In this document: one piece after another, positions 1 to 7,138 of the stretch
Layout: each line of letters starts with the position of its first letter
How positions within the stretch are numbered: position 1 is the stretch's first letter
Source of the DNA: Bdellovibrionota bacterium FG-2
Lineage (GTDB): Bacteria > Bdellovibrionota > UBA1018
Direction: 5' to 3'
DNA length: 11,196 nt
Assembly (NCBI GenBank): GCA_051382305.1
Contig: JBBCAV010000344.1
Span: forward strand, 1 to 11,196
Made by a program: the position numbers and the translations under genes
Notes under the pieces: generated by a model
What the model saw: the letters and a program-made list of their open reading frames with translations, nothing else
Told to the model about the DNA's origin: nothing
The model's database searches: none

Positions 1-1
1 C

Positions 2-1540
2 TATTGGGGATTGCTTCCACTGGAGGGGAAGAGCGCTATTTTTCGCGCTTCGAGGCGCGGCCCGAGCAGCCCCCCCCCCTCCCTCGCGCGAAAGCCGAAA
101 AATAGGACGATAACCAGGCTTAGGGTCAAGCCCCACAAGAAGTTCCTCACAAACCGCATCAAGGAGTCCCACAAAAAGTGGCAAATCACGTGTAGAACGT
201 ACAAACTCCTCATCTAAGAATCCCGCGTGATAAATACCTTCAGATACAAACGGATGCTCCAGCACTTCCAGCGCGTAACCTTCGGTGGTTGCAAGAGAGC
301 CGGAAATCCAGGATTCCCTGAGCATTCCACGAGCTAACGCAAAAGCCTCCGATCTATGGGGAGCGAACACGGTGAGAGAACCCAAAGGGATTTCATCAAA
401 GTACCTAATATGCTGCGAGCTACGGATCCAGAACTGAAAGAATGCTTTTGTCGACGGCGACTCAAAACCCGCCCCCTGTACCACTTCAGCAATCGTCCCA
501 GGCTTAGGAAAACCCAGCCAAGTATCCCAGGCTTGCAAAGTCAGCTGCAATCCAAATCGCGGCGCTTCCGGGCGTTGAACCGGCATTTCGATCTCTTGTG
601 TTGAGATCGTTTTCCCTAAAGCAGCGAGTTGCCAATCTATGGCACACGTTTGCGCCACCCCCTCCCAGAGACGAAAAGCAGGATCAAGCCCCGCTTTCCC
701 ACCCACAAGGAAGGTTCCCTGAGAACTCACCAGGAAATCAAAAGATCCAACTCCCACAAAACCGCAAGAGCTCCCCACAAGGCGAGCAGAGTCCTTCAAT
801 TCGCTCAAATCCAAACCGGTAGGCATGAGCGCGATATCCAAAATCCGCCGATGCCCCACGCGAAGCGAAGAATCCACCATGGCAAAAGTCTCGAAACGCC
901 CATCCATAAACCGCGCAAAAGGAACAGAAATAAGGCGCGCATCCTCAACCGCCTTTTCACAAAACACCATCACCTCTCCCAAGTGAAAATGGAGCTGTTC
1001 CATCCACAACGGCACGCGGCGATAAAAATCTTCACGATCCTGAAGAGTCAGCGTCGCGAGTGTGGGATCACCACGACAAGATTTCAAAACGATCGGGAAA
1101 GAATACGATTCTTGATTAAGAAGACGCTCCACCTCACTAAACGAGTGATATGGCCCCCCCTCGGAAATAAGTGTTCGCATCCCCAATCCAGAGGCAAACT
1201 CGAGCAAACTCAATCGATTTCCAAACAAGGTGAGAACTCGTGCAGAAGGAGCAAGCGCCACAATCCCAAGTTCATTACAATACGTCACTAACTCCGGCCG
1301 ATGCCCCCAATCACTGAGCCCGGGATGCACATAGCATTCACCGTCCGGCGTCTGTTCGCGAAAACGCCGCAAAGTTACGCGCAAGAGCCCAGGGATTGTG
1401 CTGGAACCTTTAAGCTCATTCTCATAGCAAGCATGAAAGCCGCGCGCTTCAAATTCGCTCCCCAAAGACAGGGCCACGCCCCGAGGCTCTCCTCTCGCTC
1501 CTAGAATCAAAATACGGGGAGATCCGACCTGCTCTTGCAC
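2..1540 (-). CDS. Biotin carboxylase-like (ATP-grasp) protein with degenerate active site; 3' end runs off the window (>513 aa)
   Basis: Absent from the ORF track because there is no stop in the window. Manual translation from GTG at 1540 (in-frame TAG immediately upstream) is open to position 2, starting MQEQVGSPRILILGARGE. It is colinear with biotin carboxylase throughout: VHPGLSDW (IHPGYGFL), LAPSARVLTLFGNR (IGPSAEAIRLMGDK), FPIVLKS (YPVIIKA), VFCEKAVEDARLI (VYLEKYIENPRHI), DSSLRVGHRRI (DCSIQRRHQKL), GFVGVGSFDFL (GYRGAGTVEFL), FPKPGTI (LPSPGKI), HRSEAFALARGMLRESWISG, HPFVSEGIYHAGFLDEEF. Confidence 0.88.
   Translation of the reverse strand, partial: MQEQVGSPRILILGARGEPRGVALSLGSEFEARGFHACYENELKGSSTIPGLLRVTLRRFREQTPDGECYVHPGLSDWGHRPELVTYCNELGIVALAPSARVLTLFGNRLSLLEFASGLGMRTLISEGGPYHSFSEVERLLNQESYSFPIVLKSCRGDPTLATLTLQDREDFYRRVPLWMEQLHFHLGEVMVFCEKAVEDARLISVPFARFMDGRFETFAMVDSSLRVGHRRILDIALMPTGLDLSELKDSARLVGSSCGFVGVGSFDFLVSSQGTFLVGGKAGLDPAFRLWEGVAQTCAIDWQLAALGKTISTQEIEMPVQRPEAPRFGLQLTLQAWDTWLGFPKPGTIAEVVQGAGFESPSTKAFFQFWIRSSQHIRYFDEIPLGSLTVFAPHRSEAFALARGMLRESWISGSLATTEGYALEVLEHPFVSEGIYHAGFLDEEFVRSTRDLPLFVGLLDAVCEELLVGLDPKPGYRPIFRLSREGGGGAARAAPRSAKNSALPLQWKQSPI
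70..79 (-). repeat. G10 homopolymer (C10 on +) inside the biotin carboxylase-like CDS
   Basis: Ten consecutive C at 70-79. In the coding frame this region reads REGGGGAA, just downstream of the BC-like domain. Confidence 0.9.
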
Positions 1541-1580
1541 CTAGAGAATTTAACGTATAGCCTAGCTAAAGGCTAGAAAC
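1541..1580. promoter_or_regulatory. 40-bp divergent promoter region; candidate -10 TAAATT (1552-1547, minus strand) 6 nt before the GTG start
   Basis: Lies between divergent starts at 1540 (-) and 1581 (+). No Shine-Dalgarno is visible for either gene. Short dyad TAGCCT (1558-1563) / AGGCTA (1570-1575). Confidence 0.4.
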
Positions 1581-2837
1581 TTGAAAACCTCACCCGAACT
1601 AATTAAAGCTTTTTTTAATCCCCTCGAGGCGCTCCTCCAAGAGTTCACGCTCGCTGAGAACCTATTACCCGAGGGGGAGACCTTGCGGTCAAAACGATTT
1701 TTGATGCGCTCGGTAGCGCCTCATATTGAACGGCTTTCCGCGCTCTTCAATCGAGAAGAGGCCGAAAAAGGCTCTGCCTTAGAGCCCTATTGGAAACTCG
1801 GATCAAACCCTGCGAATTTGCGGCTCGCTTATTTTCTCGCTTTTATGCCGACCAATGCTTTTAGAATGGCTTCGGTTTTTAGCGAACTTGCGCGACTAGG
1901 CTTCAAGTGGCAAGGGGCAGAGACTCTTCGCGCCATTGATTTTGGATGCGGGCCTGCTTCTTCGGCCAGTGGACTCGCGCTGGCCCTGAAACACTGTGCT
2001 TTAGGTATCCCCAGCAAAGGGTCATGGGCCCTCATGGAACAAGATACAGGAATCCTCAAACTCGGTTCAAAATGGGCAGAATTTGTCTTTGGGCGCTCCG
2101 AACTCGCGAACTGGTCGGTCCGCGAATTCTCTGGAAAAGTCGATTATTCAAAACCTTTGCTGCCGCGGACAGCCCCGAAATTTAATCTTTGGGTCTCAAG
2201 CTATTTCTTAAACGAACACCCCCAGACGCCTGACGTTATTGCCGGACGCCTGATGGAAGCCTGGAGAAGCCACCTTGAAGAGAATGGCTTAGTCATTCTC
2301 ATAGAGCCCGCGTTGCGGCTGCAATCACGAAAACTATTGGCGATTAGAAAAGAGATCCTCAAACTCAAAGAAGAAGACCCGAAGCGCTGGGAATTTGTGG
2401 ATATTCTCCTCCCCTGTCTGGGTTCTCAAAAATGCGATGCCTTCGCCGACAGTGAAGATTGGTGCCACGAAGATGTGACTTGGGAGCGGCCCGAATACCT
2501 GAGAATCCTCGAACGAATGACGGGAATGGATCGCAAGACCCTGCCCTTTAGTTACCTGGTACTTTTTCGAAAGCCCCTAAAGAAAGGCAAAGAAAAGATC
2601 TTATCAGAAATCCTCAACGCCCTTCCGGTGGGAAAATACGATCGCCTCGTGAGCCCCGCGCATCCTGAAGGATCTGATTGGGAATTTTTCACCTGCGGAG
2701 CTGCCGGCAAACGGCGCTGCCGGATGAAGGACGACCCCTCAGAAGAAAAACCCCAACGAGGGGAAATCCTCTGCAACACGCAAACACGAGGAGATCGGCA
2801 CTGCACTCGGATTGAAAAAGTTGAGACTCGGATCTAA
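1581..2837 (+). CDS. Small ribosomal subunit Rsm22/METTL17-family SAM-dependent methyltransferase-like protein
   Basis: 418 aa with a TTG start. Motifs: AYFLAFMP, SAM motif I IDFGCGPAS, SYFLNE, GLVILIEPA, the Cys motif PCLGSQKC...DWCH, FSYLV and distal FTCG, an arrangement typical of the Rsm22 family. Exact start is uncertain. Confidence 0.85.
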   Translation: MKTSPELIKAFFNPLEALLQEFTLAENLLPEGETLRSKRFLMRSVAPHIERLSALFNREEAEKGSALEPYWKLGSNPANLRLAYFLAFMPTNAFRMASVFSELARLGFKWQGAETLRAIDFGCGPASSASGLALALKHCALGIPSKGSWALMEQDTGILKLGSKWAEFVFGRSELANWSVREFSGKVDYSKPLLPRTAPKFNLWVSSYFLNEHPQTPDVIAGRLMEAWRSHLEENGLVILIEPALRLQSRKLLAIRKEILKLKEEDPKRWEFVDILLPCLGSQKCDAFADSEDWCHEDVTWERPEYLRILERMTGMDRKTLPFSYLVLFRKPLKKGKEKILSEILNALPVGKYDRLVSPAHPEGSDWEFFTCGAAGKRRCRMKDDPSEEKPQRGEILCNTQTRGDRHCTRIEKVETRI

Positions 2838-2880
2838 ACTCGGACTTGCAGCCTGGGGAAGAATAGTGGAAACTTGAGGT

Positions 2881-3276
2881 ATGCTCCGGGAAGACATCAA
2901 CATTCTTGTCGTGGATGACGTGAATTCGATCCGAATCCACGTAAAGGAGCTCTTGCGTACCTGTGGATTTAAGAAAATTGTTACGGCGAGTGGCGGCGAA
3001 GAAGCAAAGGTTCTTTTAGAAACCCAGCCTTTTCAACTTATTCTCTGCGACTGGCATATGGATCCCACAACTGGCTTTGAGCTCCTCCGTTACACGCGCA
3101 ATCACCCGCAGTTTTGCGGAATTGCTTTTATCTTGGTCACCGCCGAAAATACCCGAGACAGGGTCCTCGATGCAGTGGCTGCCGGAGTTGATGACTACAT
3201 CGTGAAGCCTTTGACCCAGGCGCAAATTCAAAACAAAGTTTATAGCGTTTTACTTAAGAGAAAGGTGCTCACATGA
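2881..3276 (+). CDS. cheY: Single-domain response regulator, CheY-like
   Basis: 131-aa receiver domain. D12, D13, D57 (CDWHM), T87 (VTAE), Y106 and K109-P110 fall at the same numbering as E. coli CheY. Confidence 0.9.
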   Translation: MLREDINILVVDDVNSIRIHVKELLRTCGFKKIVTASGGEEAKVLLETQPFQLILCDWHMDPTTGFELLRYTRNHPQFCGIAFILVTAENTRDRVLDAVAAGVDDYIVKPLTQAQIQNKVYSVLLKRKVLT

Positions 3277-3734
3277 CCTCCTCCACCGATCCTCGGCATT
3301 CCCAGATCCAAGAATTCATAGACGAACTCAGTGGTTTTGCAGCAATTGCAGAAAACACACTAAGCACCATTGAATCGAACCTCGAAACCCACAAAGGGCT
3401 CTTTGCGGTTTTTGCCGAGCGCATGTTTGCCATTCGCGGAACGGCCCAACAACTCAGCCTCCCTCATATTGCGGAAATCGCAGGTTTTGGCGAAGAAATC
3501 GCCATCAAAGGTGCAATTGCCCAGACCCGACCGCAGCTGCGTAAATGCGTGGGAAGCCTCTGGGATGCGCTAACAACGGTGAAATACTTGCTCGTGCACT
3601 ACACCGAAGAAACTTCTGAAGAGCAAAAGATCCTAATCAACCGCATGCAAGCGACCCTTCAAGCCCTGGGTGGCAAACGCCCGACGGTTAGCGAAGATGA
3701 GATTGCGGGGATCTTGAAGGCGAGAACGAGTTAG
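3273..3734 (+). CDS. HPt / CheA-P1-like helical protein lacking the phosphoacceptor His
   Basis: 153 aa with an ATGA overlap with cheY. QEFIDEL...AENTLSTIE...FAERMFAIRGTAQQLSLPHIAEIAGFGEEI aligns to the CheA P1 pattern F.EE...LE..LL.LE...FRAAHSIKGGAG.FG...L....H..E. The His position is Phe52. Confidence 0.75.
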   Translation: MTSSTDPRHSQIQEFIDELSGFAAIAENTLSTIESNLETHKGLFAVFAERMFAIRGTAQQLSLPHIAEIAGFGEEIAIKGAIAQTRPQLRKCVGSLWDALTTVKYLLVHYTEETSEEQKILINRMQATLQALGGKRPTVSEDEIAGILKARTS

Positions 3735-3801
3735 TTAAGAAAACTATCGGTCGTTAGCTCCCGCAATGGTGAGATCAATTTATACAACCTCCACTGGTTC
3801 A

Positions 3802-3990
3802 CTATCCAAATTCCGGAATTCATCGGAAACCATTTAGCAACAATAACGCTTAGGTACACTTCGTTCAATTACAGCAGGTCTTGCGTCTACGAGTAACTGT
3901 TCGTTTTTTAACGACAAAAATGAGGGTTGCATCGCCTTCATGGGGGGGCTGCGTATCACGCAATTCCCATCTATTCCGAAAACTGGATAG
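3802..3990. repeat. Imperfect 27-bp inverted repeat (3802-3828 / 3964-3990) enclosing 135 bp
   Basis: CTATCCAAATTCCGGAATTCATCGGAA versus the reverse complement of the right arm, CTATCCAGTTTTCGGAATAGATGGGAA: 21/27 identical. The left arm contains the perfect palindrome AATTCCGGAATT (3809-3820). Confidence 0.75.
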
Positions 3991-4075
3991 CGTCGCTAAG
4001 GAAGTTCGCTAGACCACACCCGCCCATAAATTCACCCTTGCAGATCTAGACGCCTTGCGTTATATATGATGCACC

Positions 4076-4804
4076 ATGAAGTTCGCACCACACCATAATC
4101 TCACCCTTTTCGCCCTCTTCTTAAGCACTCTTTCGAGCACCCTTGCGCTCGCAAACGAAGGGCCAACCCAAACTACAACAGGGTTTTACCCGATTTGGGA
4201 GAACACGGGACTCACCGAAAAACATCGCGAAGGCTACTTAGGAACAAACGACGCCCACATCGGAATCAAAGACATCGCGCAAGTCGGAGTGCAACCTCTA
4301 GGCCTCATGTATCGCACGCCAAACGCCTACACGAAACTCAGGATTTTTGAGACATCCACCTGGCACCTCTCCGCCCAACTCGGGGCCTCGTGGCTCATGA
4401 AGGGCGCCAGCCGCTCCTTCTTCTCTCCCATGTACACTTCGCGATTAGACAACCCAGATTTTTCCGTGGTCATCATTCCCGCTTCGGTCTCTGCGACCCA
4501 TGATATCGCAGATTGGCTCGTCGTCCATCAATCCCTGACCGCCCTCACTTTGCACACGACTGGATCTCTCGCCAATGAAATGTATCCCGGATATTCGCTC
4601 TCTTCGGAATTTCGAGCCAAGACTTACCACTCACTCTCAATCCACGTTGGCGAAGTTGGAATTTGGAAACATGATTTTAGTTACCTTGGCGGCTCCTATC
4701 GCTTCTCAAACTCCTGGGCAGAATTTAAAATTGGTTATTTTTATCGTATTCGCCCGGATTCGCTGCAAGCTTCACCGCTTGTGAGCCTTGGATTTTACCT
4801 ATGA
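4076..4804 (+). CDS. Putative outer-membrane beta-barrel protein
   Basis: 242 aa with a Sec signal peptide (ALA|NE). Many amphipathic, aromatic-rich beta-strand segments (WHLSAQLGASW, YLGGSYRF, FKIGYFYR) and a C-terminal strand LVSLGFYL. Confidence 0.65.
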   Translation: MKFAPHHNLTLFALFLSTLSSTLALANEGPTQTTTGFYPIWENTGLTEKHREGYLGTNDAHIGIKDIAQVGVQPLGLMYRTPNAYTKLRIFETSTWHLSAQLGASWLMKGASRSFFSPMYTSRLDNPDFSVVIIPASVSATHDIADWLVVHQSLTALTLHTTGSLANEMYPGYSLSSEFRAKTYHSLSIHVGEVGIWKHDFSYLGGSYRFSNSWAEFKIGYFYRIRPDSLQASPLVSLGFYL

Positions 4805-6312
4805 AACGCCGCCTGCTTGCCGCTCTATCAATCGCCGCCGTGGCTGCTTTTGCAAGCCTCTCGGGTTGCGATTGGTATGAATACGCGTTCATGAACAGCA
4901 TTCCTTTTAAAGCGGGCTCAAAAGCCCCCAAAGAAACCTCCGTCTATCTCGGCATCGATGGTCTGGCATATCACACGATTTTGGATGCCATGAAGAAGGG
5001 CGCCTTCTCAGGCCCCGAATGGCAACTAGGGAAATTTATTACGATGTTTCCCGGCACTTCAGATGCGAGCTGGACCCGCATCCTGCACACCGAAAAAATC
5101 GGCGGCTATGAAATGGAGTACTACAATCCTACGATCGACGCGGTGGAAAACAAGGGCCTCTTGGGAGTTGCACGGCACCTCATGCCCACCCTCACTGAGT
5201 CCCTAAGTTTTGAAGCACAATACTTGAGCTCCTTTGATTATCGCGCCAACGGTTACTCCCACGCGCTCGAAGCCTACAGCGACACGTACTACAGCATGGG
5301 CGAAACCTTCGATAATCTATTCTACTCGCTTGAAGGCCGAAGCCAAACAGACGCAGTGTTCTCAGCCTACCTTCTCGAGTTTGACGTCATGGGACACATG
5401 CACGATCCCATGGACTGCACCGAAGCCCTCCTCACACTCTCCAAAAGAATTGATTCCTTTAAAGCCGCGCACCCCGATCAAAAGTTTCACTTTACTCTGT
5501 TCTCTGACCACGGAATGGATTTTATCCCTGTTCAAAAAGAAAACCTCATCGAGTTTGATCAAGAGATGACCAAAGTGGGCATCACGCCCGTCACCACAAT
5601 GCTTGAGCATGACCCCACCAAAGAACTCTATGCGGTTCCTATTATCCACACGCGCGTCACCTATGTCGCACTCCACACGCACGAAGCCCTCCGAGAAGAA
5701 GTCGCCGGACGAACTTCCTCGATCCCAAGCGTTGATATGGCGATTTCGAAGATCAAGTCTCAAGATAAAAATTCCGGCAGCGAAAACGACTGGTACGGCA
5801 TCTGGACCGAAGGTAAACTCACCGTCGCTTTTGGATTCAATCCTAAAACGAACCTCTATACCCTGCCTCGCGATCAAGATTATGCGCGCATCGCTCAGAA
5901 AATCTTGTTTGCCGAAGGCGAACTAACCAAAACGATGAGCGACGAAGAGCTCTTCGCGCTTTCCAAAAACTCGACCTACCCCGACGTCTTTTTTCGCGCA
6001 CGCACTTCACTGGCCGACATAGGCGCAATCTACCCGGCCGATGTCATGATCTCTTTTCGTCCGGGCTTTGTGTCGGTAGGCTTTAGAGTTCCCGGCAAAG
6101 AAGACATTGCCACCGCCAGTTTTCATGGTGCCATGGACACACTGGGGTCCACGGGAATCTTGCTTTCGACCGAAAGAGACATTCCAGATGCGGTGCGCTC
6201 CGATACGCTTCTTGATCTTTTCCCAAAACTCAAAGAGCATAACCAATCACTGGGGACCACCTTCGTGCCAGGAGATGCAAATGCCCTTTTGGACTACTCA
6301 AAAACGAAATAG
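4801..6312 (+). CDS. Alkaline phosphatase superfamily lipoprotein (nucleotide pyrophosphatase/phosphodiesterase-like)
   Basis: 503 aa with lipobox LSG|C (Cys23) and an ATGA overlap with the upstream gene. Metal/catalytic motifs in order: GIDG, FPGTSD (Ser where NPPs have the Thr nucleophile of FPTKTF), FDVMGH, SDHG, FHG. Confidence 0.85.
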   Translation: MKRRLLAALSIAAVAAFASLSGCDWYEYAFMNSIPFKAGSKAPKETSVYLGIDGLAYHTILDAMKKGAFSGPEWQLGKFITMFPGTSDASWTRILHTEKIGGYEMEYYNPTIDAVENKGLLGVARHLMPTLTESLSFEAQYLSSFDYRANGYSHALEAYSDTYYSMGETFDNLFYSLEGRSQTDAVFSAYLLEFDVMGHMHDPMDCTEALLTLSKRIDSFKAAHPDQKFHFTLFSDHGMDFIPVQKENLIEFDQEMTKVGITPVTTMLEHDPTKELYAVPIIHTRVTYVALHTHEALREEVAGRTSSIPSVDMAISKIKSQDKNSGSENDWYGIWTEGKLTVAFGFNPKTNLYTLPRDQDYARIAQKILFAEGELTKTMSDEELFALSKNSTYPDVFFRARTSLADIGAIYPADVMISFRPGFVSVGFRVPGKEDIATASFHGAMDTLGSTGILLSTERDIPDAVRSDTLLDLFPKLKEHNQSLGTTFVPGDANALLDYSKTK

Positions 6313-7138
6313 TGCATTCGGATTTGCCTTGGGACTTTTGGGGGCGATCCCGCTCGCCTTCGCTGATACTGCCCCCCAACCCCATACCCTACACGCTGTG
6401 ACTTTCAATCTCTACAATCGCCCCTACGAACGCGCCGCCCGCATGGAAAACGCACTCCAACTCCTCAGAGAAGCAAAAGCAGACATCATCGCGCTTCAAG
6501 AAATTGCCAAGGGCTGGTTTCTGCCAGGAGATCCATTTGAGATTCTGACCCAAGGACTGCAAATGTTTTCCGTGCGCTATTGGCACGAAGAAAACTTAGG
6601 AATTTTCACGACGGGCCTTGGACTCCTCTCGCGCTTTCCCATTGACTCATCCGAATATCACGACTTTGAGGATCATCAATTTTGGGATACCAAAGGGTAT
6701 CTTACTTCGCAAATTGCCGCACCTTGGGGAAAAGTTCGAATCTACAACCTTCACATGGCTTCGACGCAAAATGAGCGCATCAAATCGAGCGAGTTCAATG
6801 AGCTCGCCTCATTTATTGAAAAAACCTCGCAGGGCGAACCTGCGCTGATCCTGGGAGATTTTAACCAAGAAGCACAGACTCCCGTCTTTCAGAAATTTAT
6901 CAATCGCCTCAAAACGCATACCCTCTACGAAACCATCAAACCCACCCACACCTGGAACGCGGACTACGAAAAAGATTGCAATGGCTCGGATGGCGAACTT
7001 ATTGATCATATTTTGGCCTATCAAGGCGGGACTCAGAAAATCAAATTCTTGTCGGGAAAAGTGGTTAAGCCTATGCAACTTCCACACGCTTCTGATCACT
7101 GTGCCGTCAGCGCTGAACTTACGGTTTATTCGCAATAA
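6281..7138 (+). CDS. Secreted endonuclease/exonuclease/phosphatase (EEP) family hydrolase
   Basis: Motifs TFNL, ALQE, GLGLLSRFPI, NLH, GDFN, IDHI and SDH. Start revised from 6107 to ATG 6281, which has AGGAG (6270-6274) 6 nt upstream and gives a signal peptide MPFWTTQKRNSAFGFALGLLGAIPLAFA|D (285 aa). Confidence 0.9.
   Translation: MPFWTTQKRNSAFGFALGLLGAIPLAFADTAPQPHTLHAVTFNLYNRPYERAARMENALQLLREAKADIIALQEIAKGWFLPGDPFEILTQGLQMFSVRYWHEENLGIFTTGLGLLSRFPIDSSEYHDFEDHQFWDTKGYLTSQIAAPWGKVRIYNLHMASTQNERIKSSEFNELASFIEKTSQGEPALILGDFNQEAQTPVFQKFINRLKTHTLYETIKPTHTWNADYEKDCNGSDGELIDHILAYQGGTQKIKFLSGKVVKPMQLPHASDHCAVSAELTVYSQ

Noticed and set aside
1-213. 70-aa hydrophobic minus-strand ORF that looks like a small membrane protein
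   Set aside because: It is an alternative frame inside the BC-like CDS, whose own frame stays open through this region.
11-1504. Plus-strand ORFs 11-217, 356-604, 598-822, 629-1291 and 1301-1504
   Set aside because: Antisense shadows of the minus-strand biotin carboxylase-like gene, with no recognisable motifs.
3766-4012. Small intergenic ORFs (23 aa from ATG 3766, 30 aa from ATG 3920) and a c-di-GMP-I riboswitch-like GAAA hairpin near 3971-3990
   Set aside because: The ORFs have no SD or recognisable features. The riboswitch consensus elements (GGCAAAC, GACGCAAAGC) are missing.
4801-4870. Twin-arginine (Tat) signal in MKRRLL
   Set aside because: It lacks the S/T-R-R-x-F-L consensus. An ordinary Sec lipoprotein signal is sufficient.
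6107-6280. Longer N-terminus for the EEP gene given by the ORF track
   Set aside because: It would overlap the upstream gene by about 200 nt. ATG 6281 has an SD and gives a proper signal peptide.
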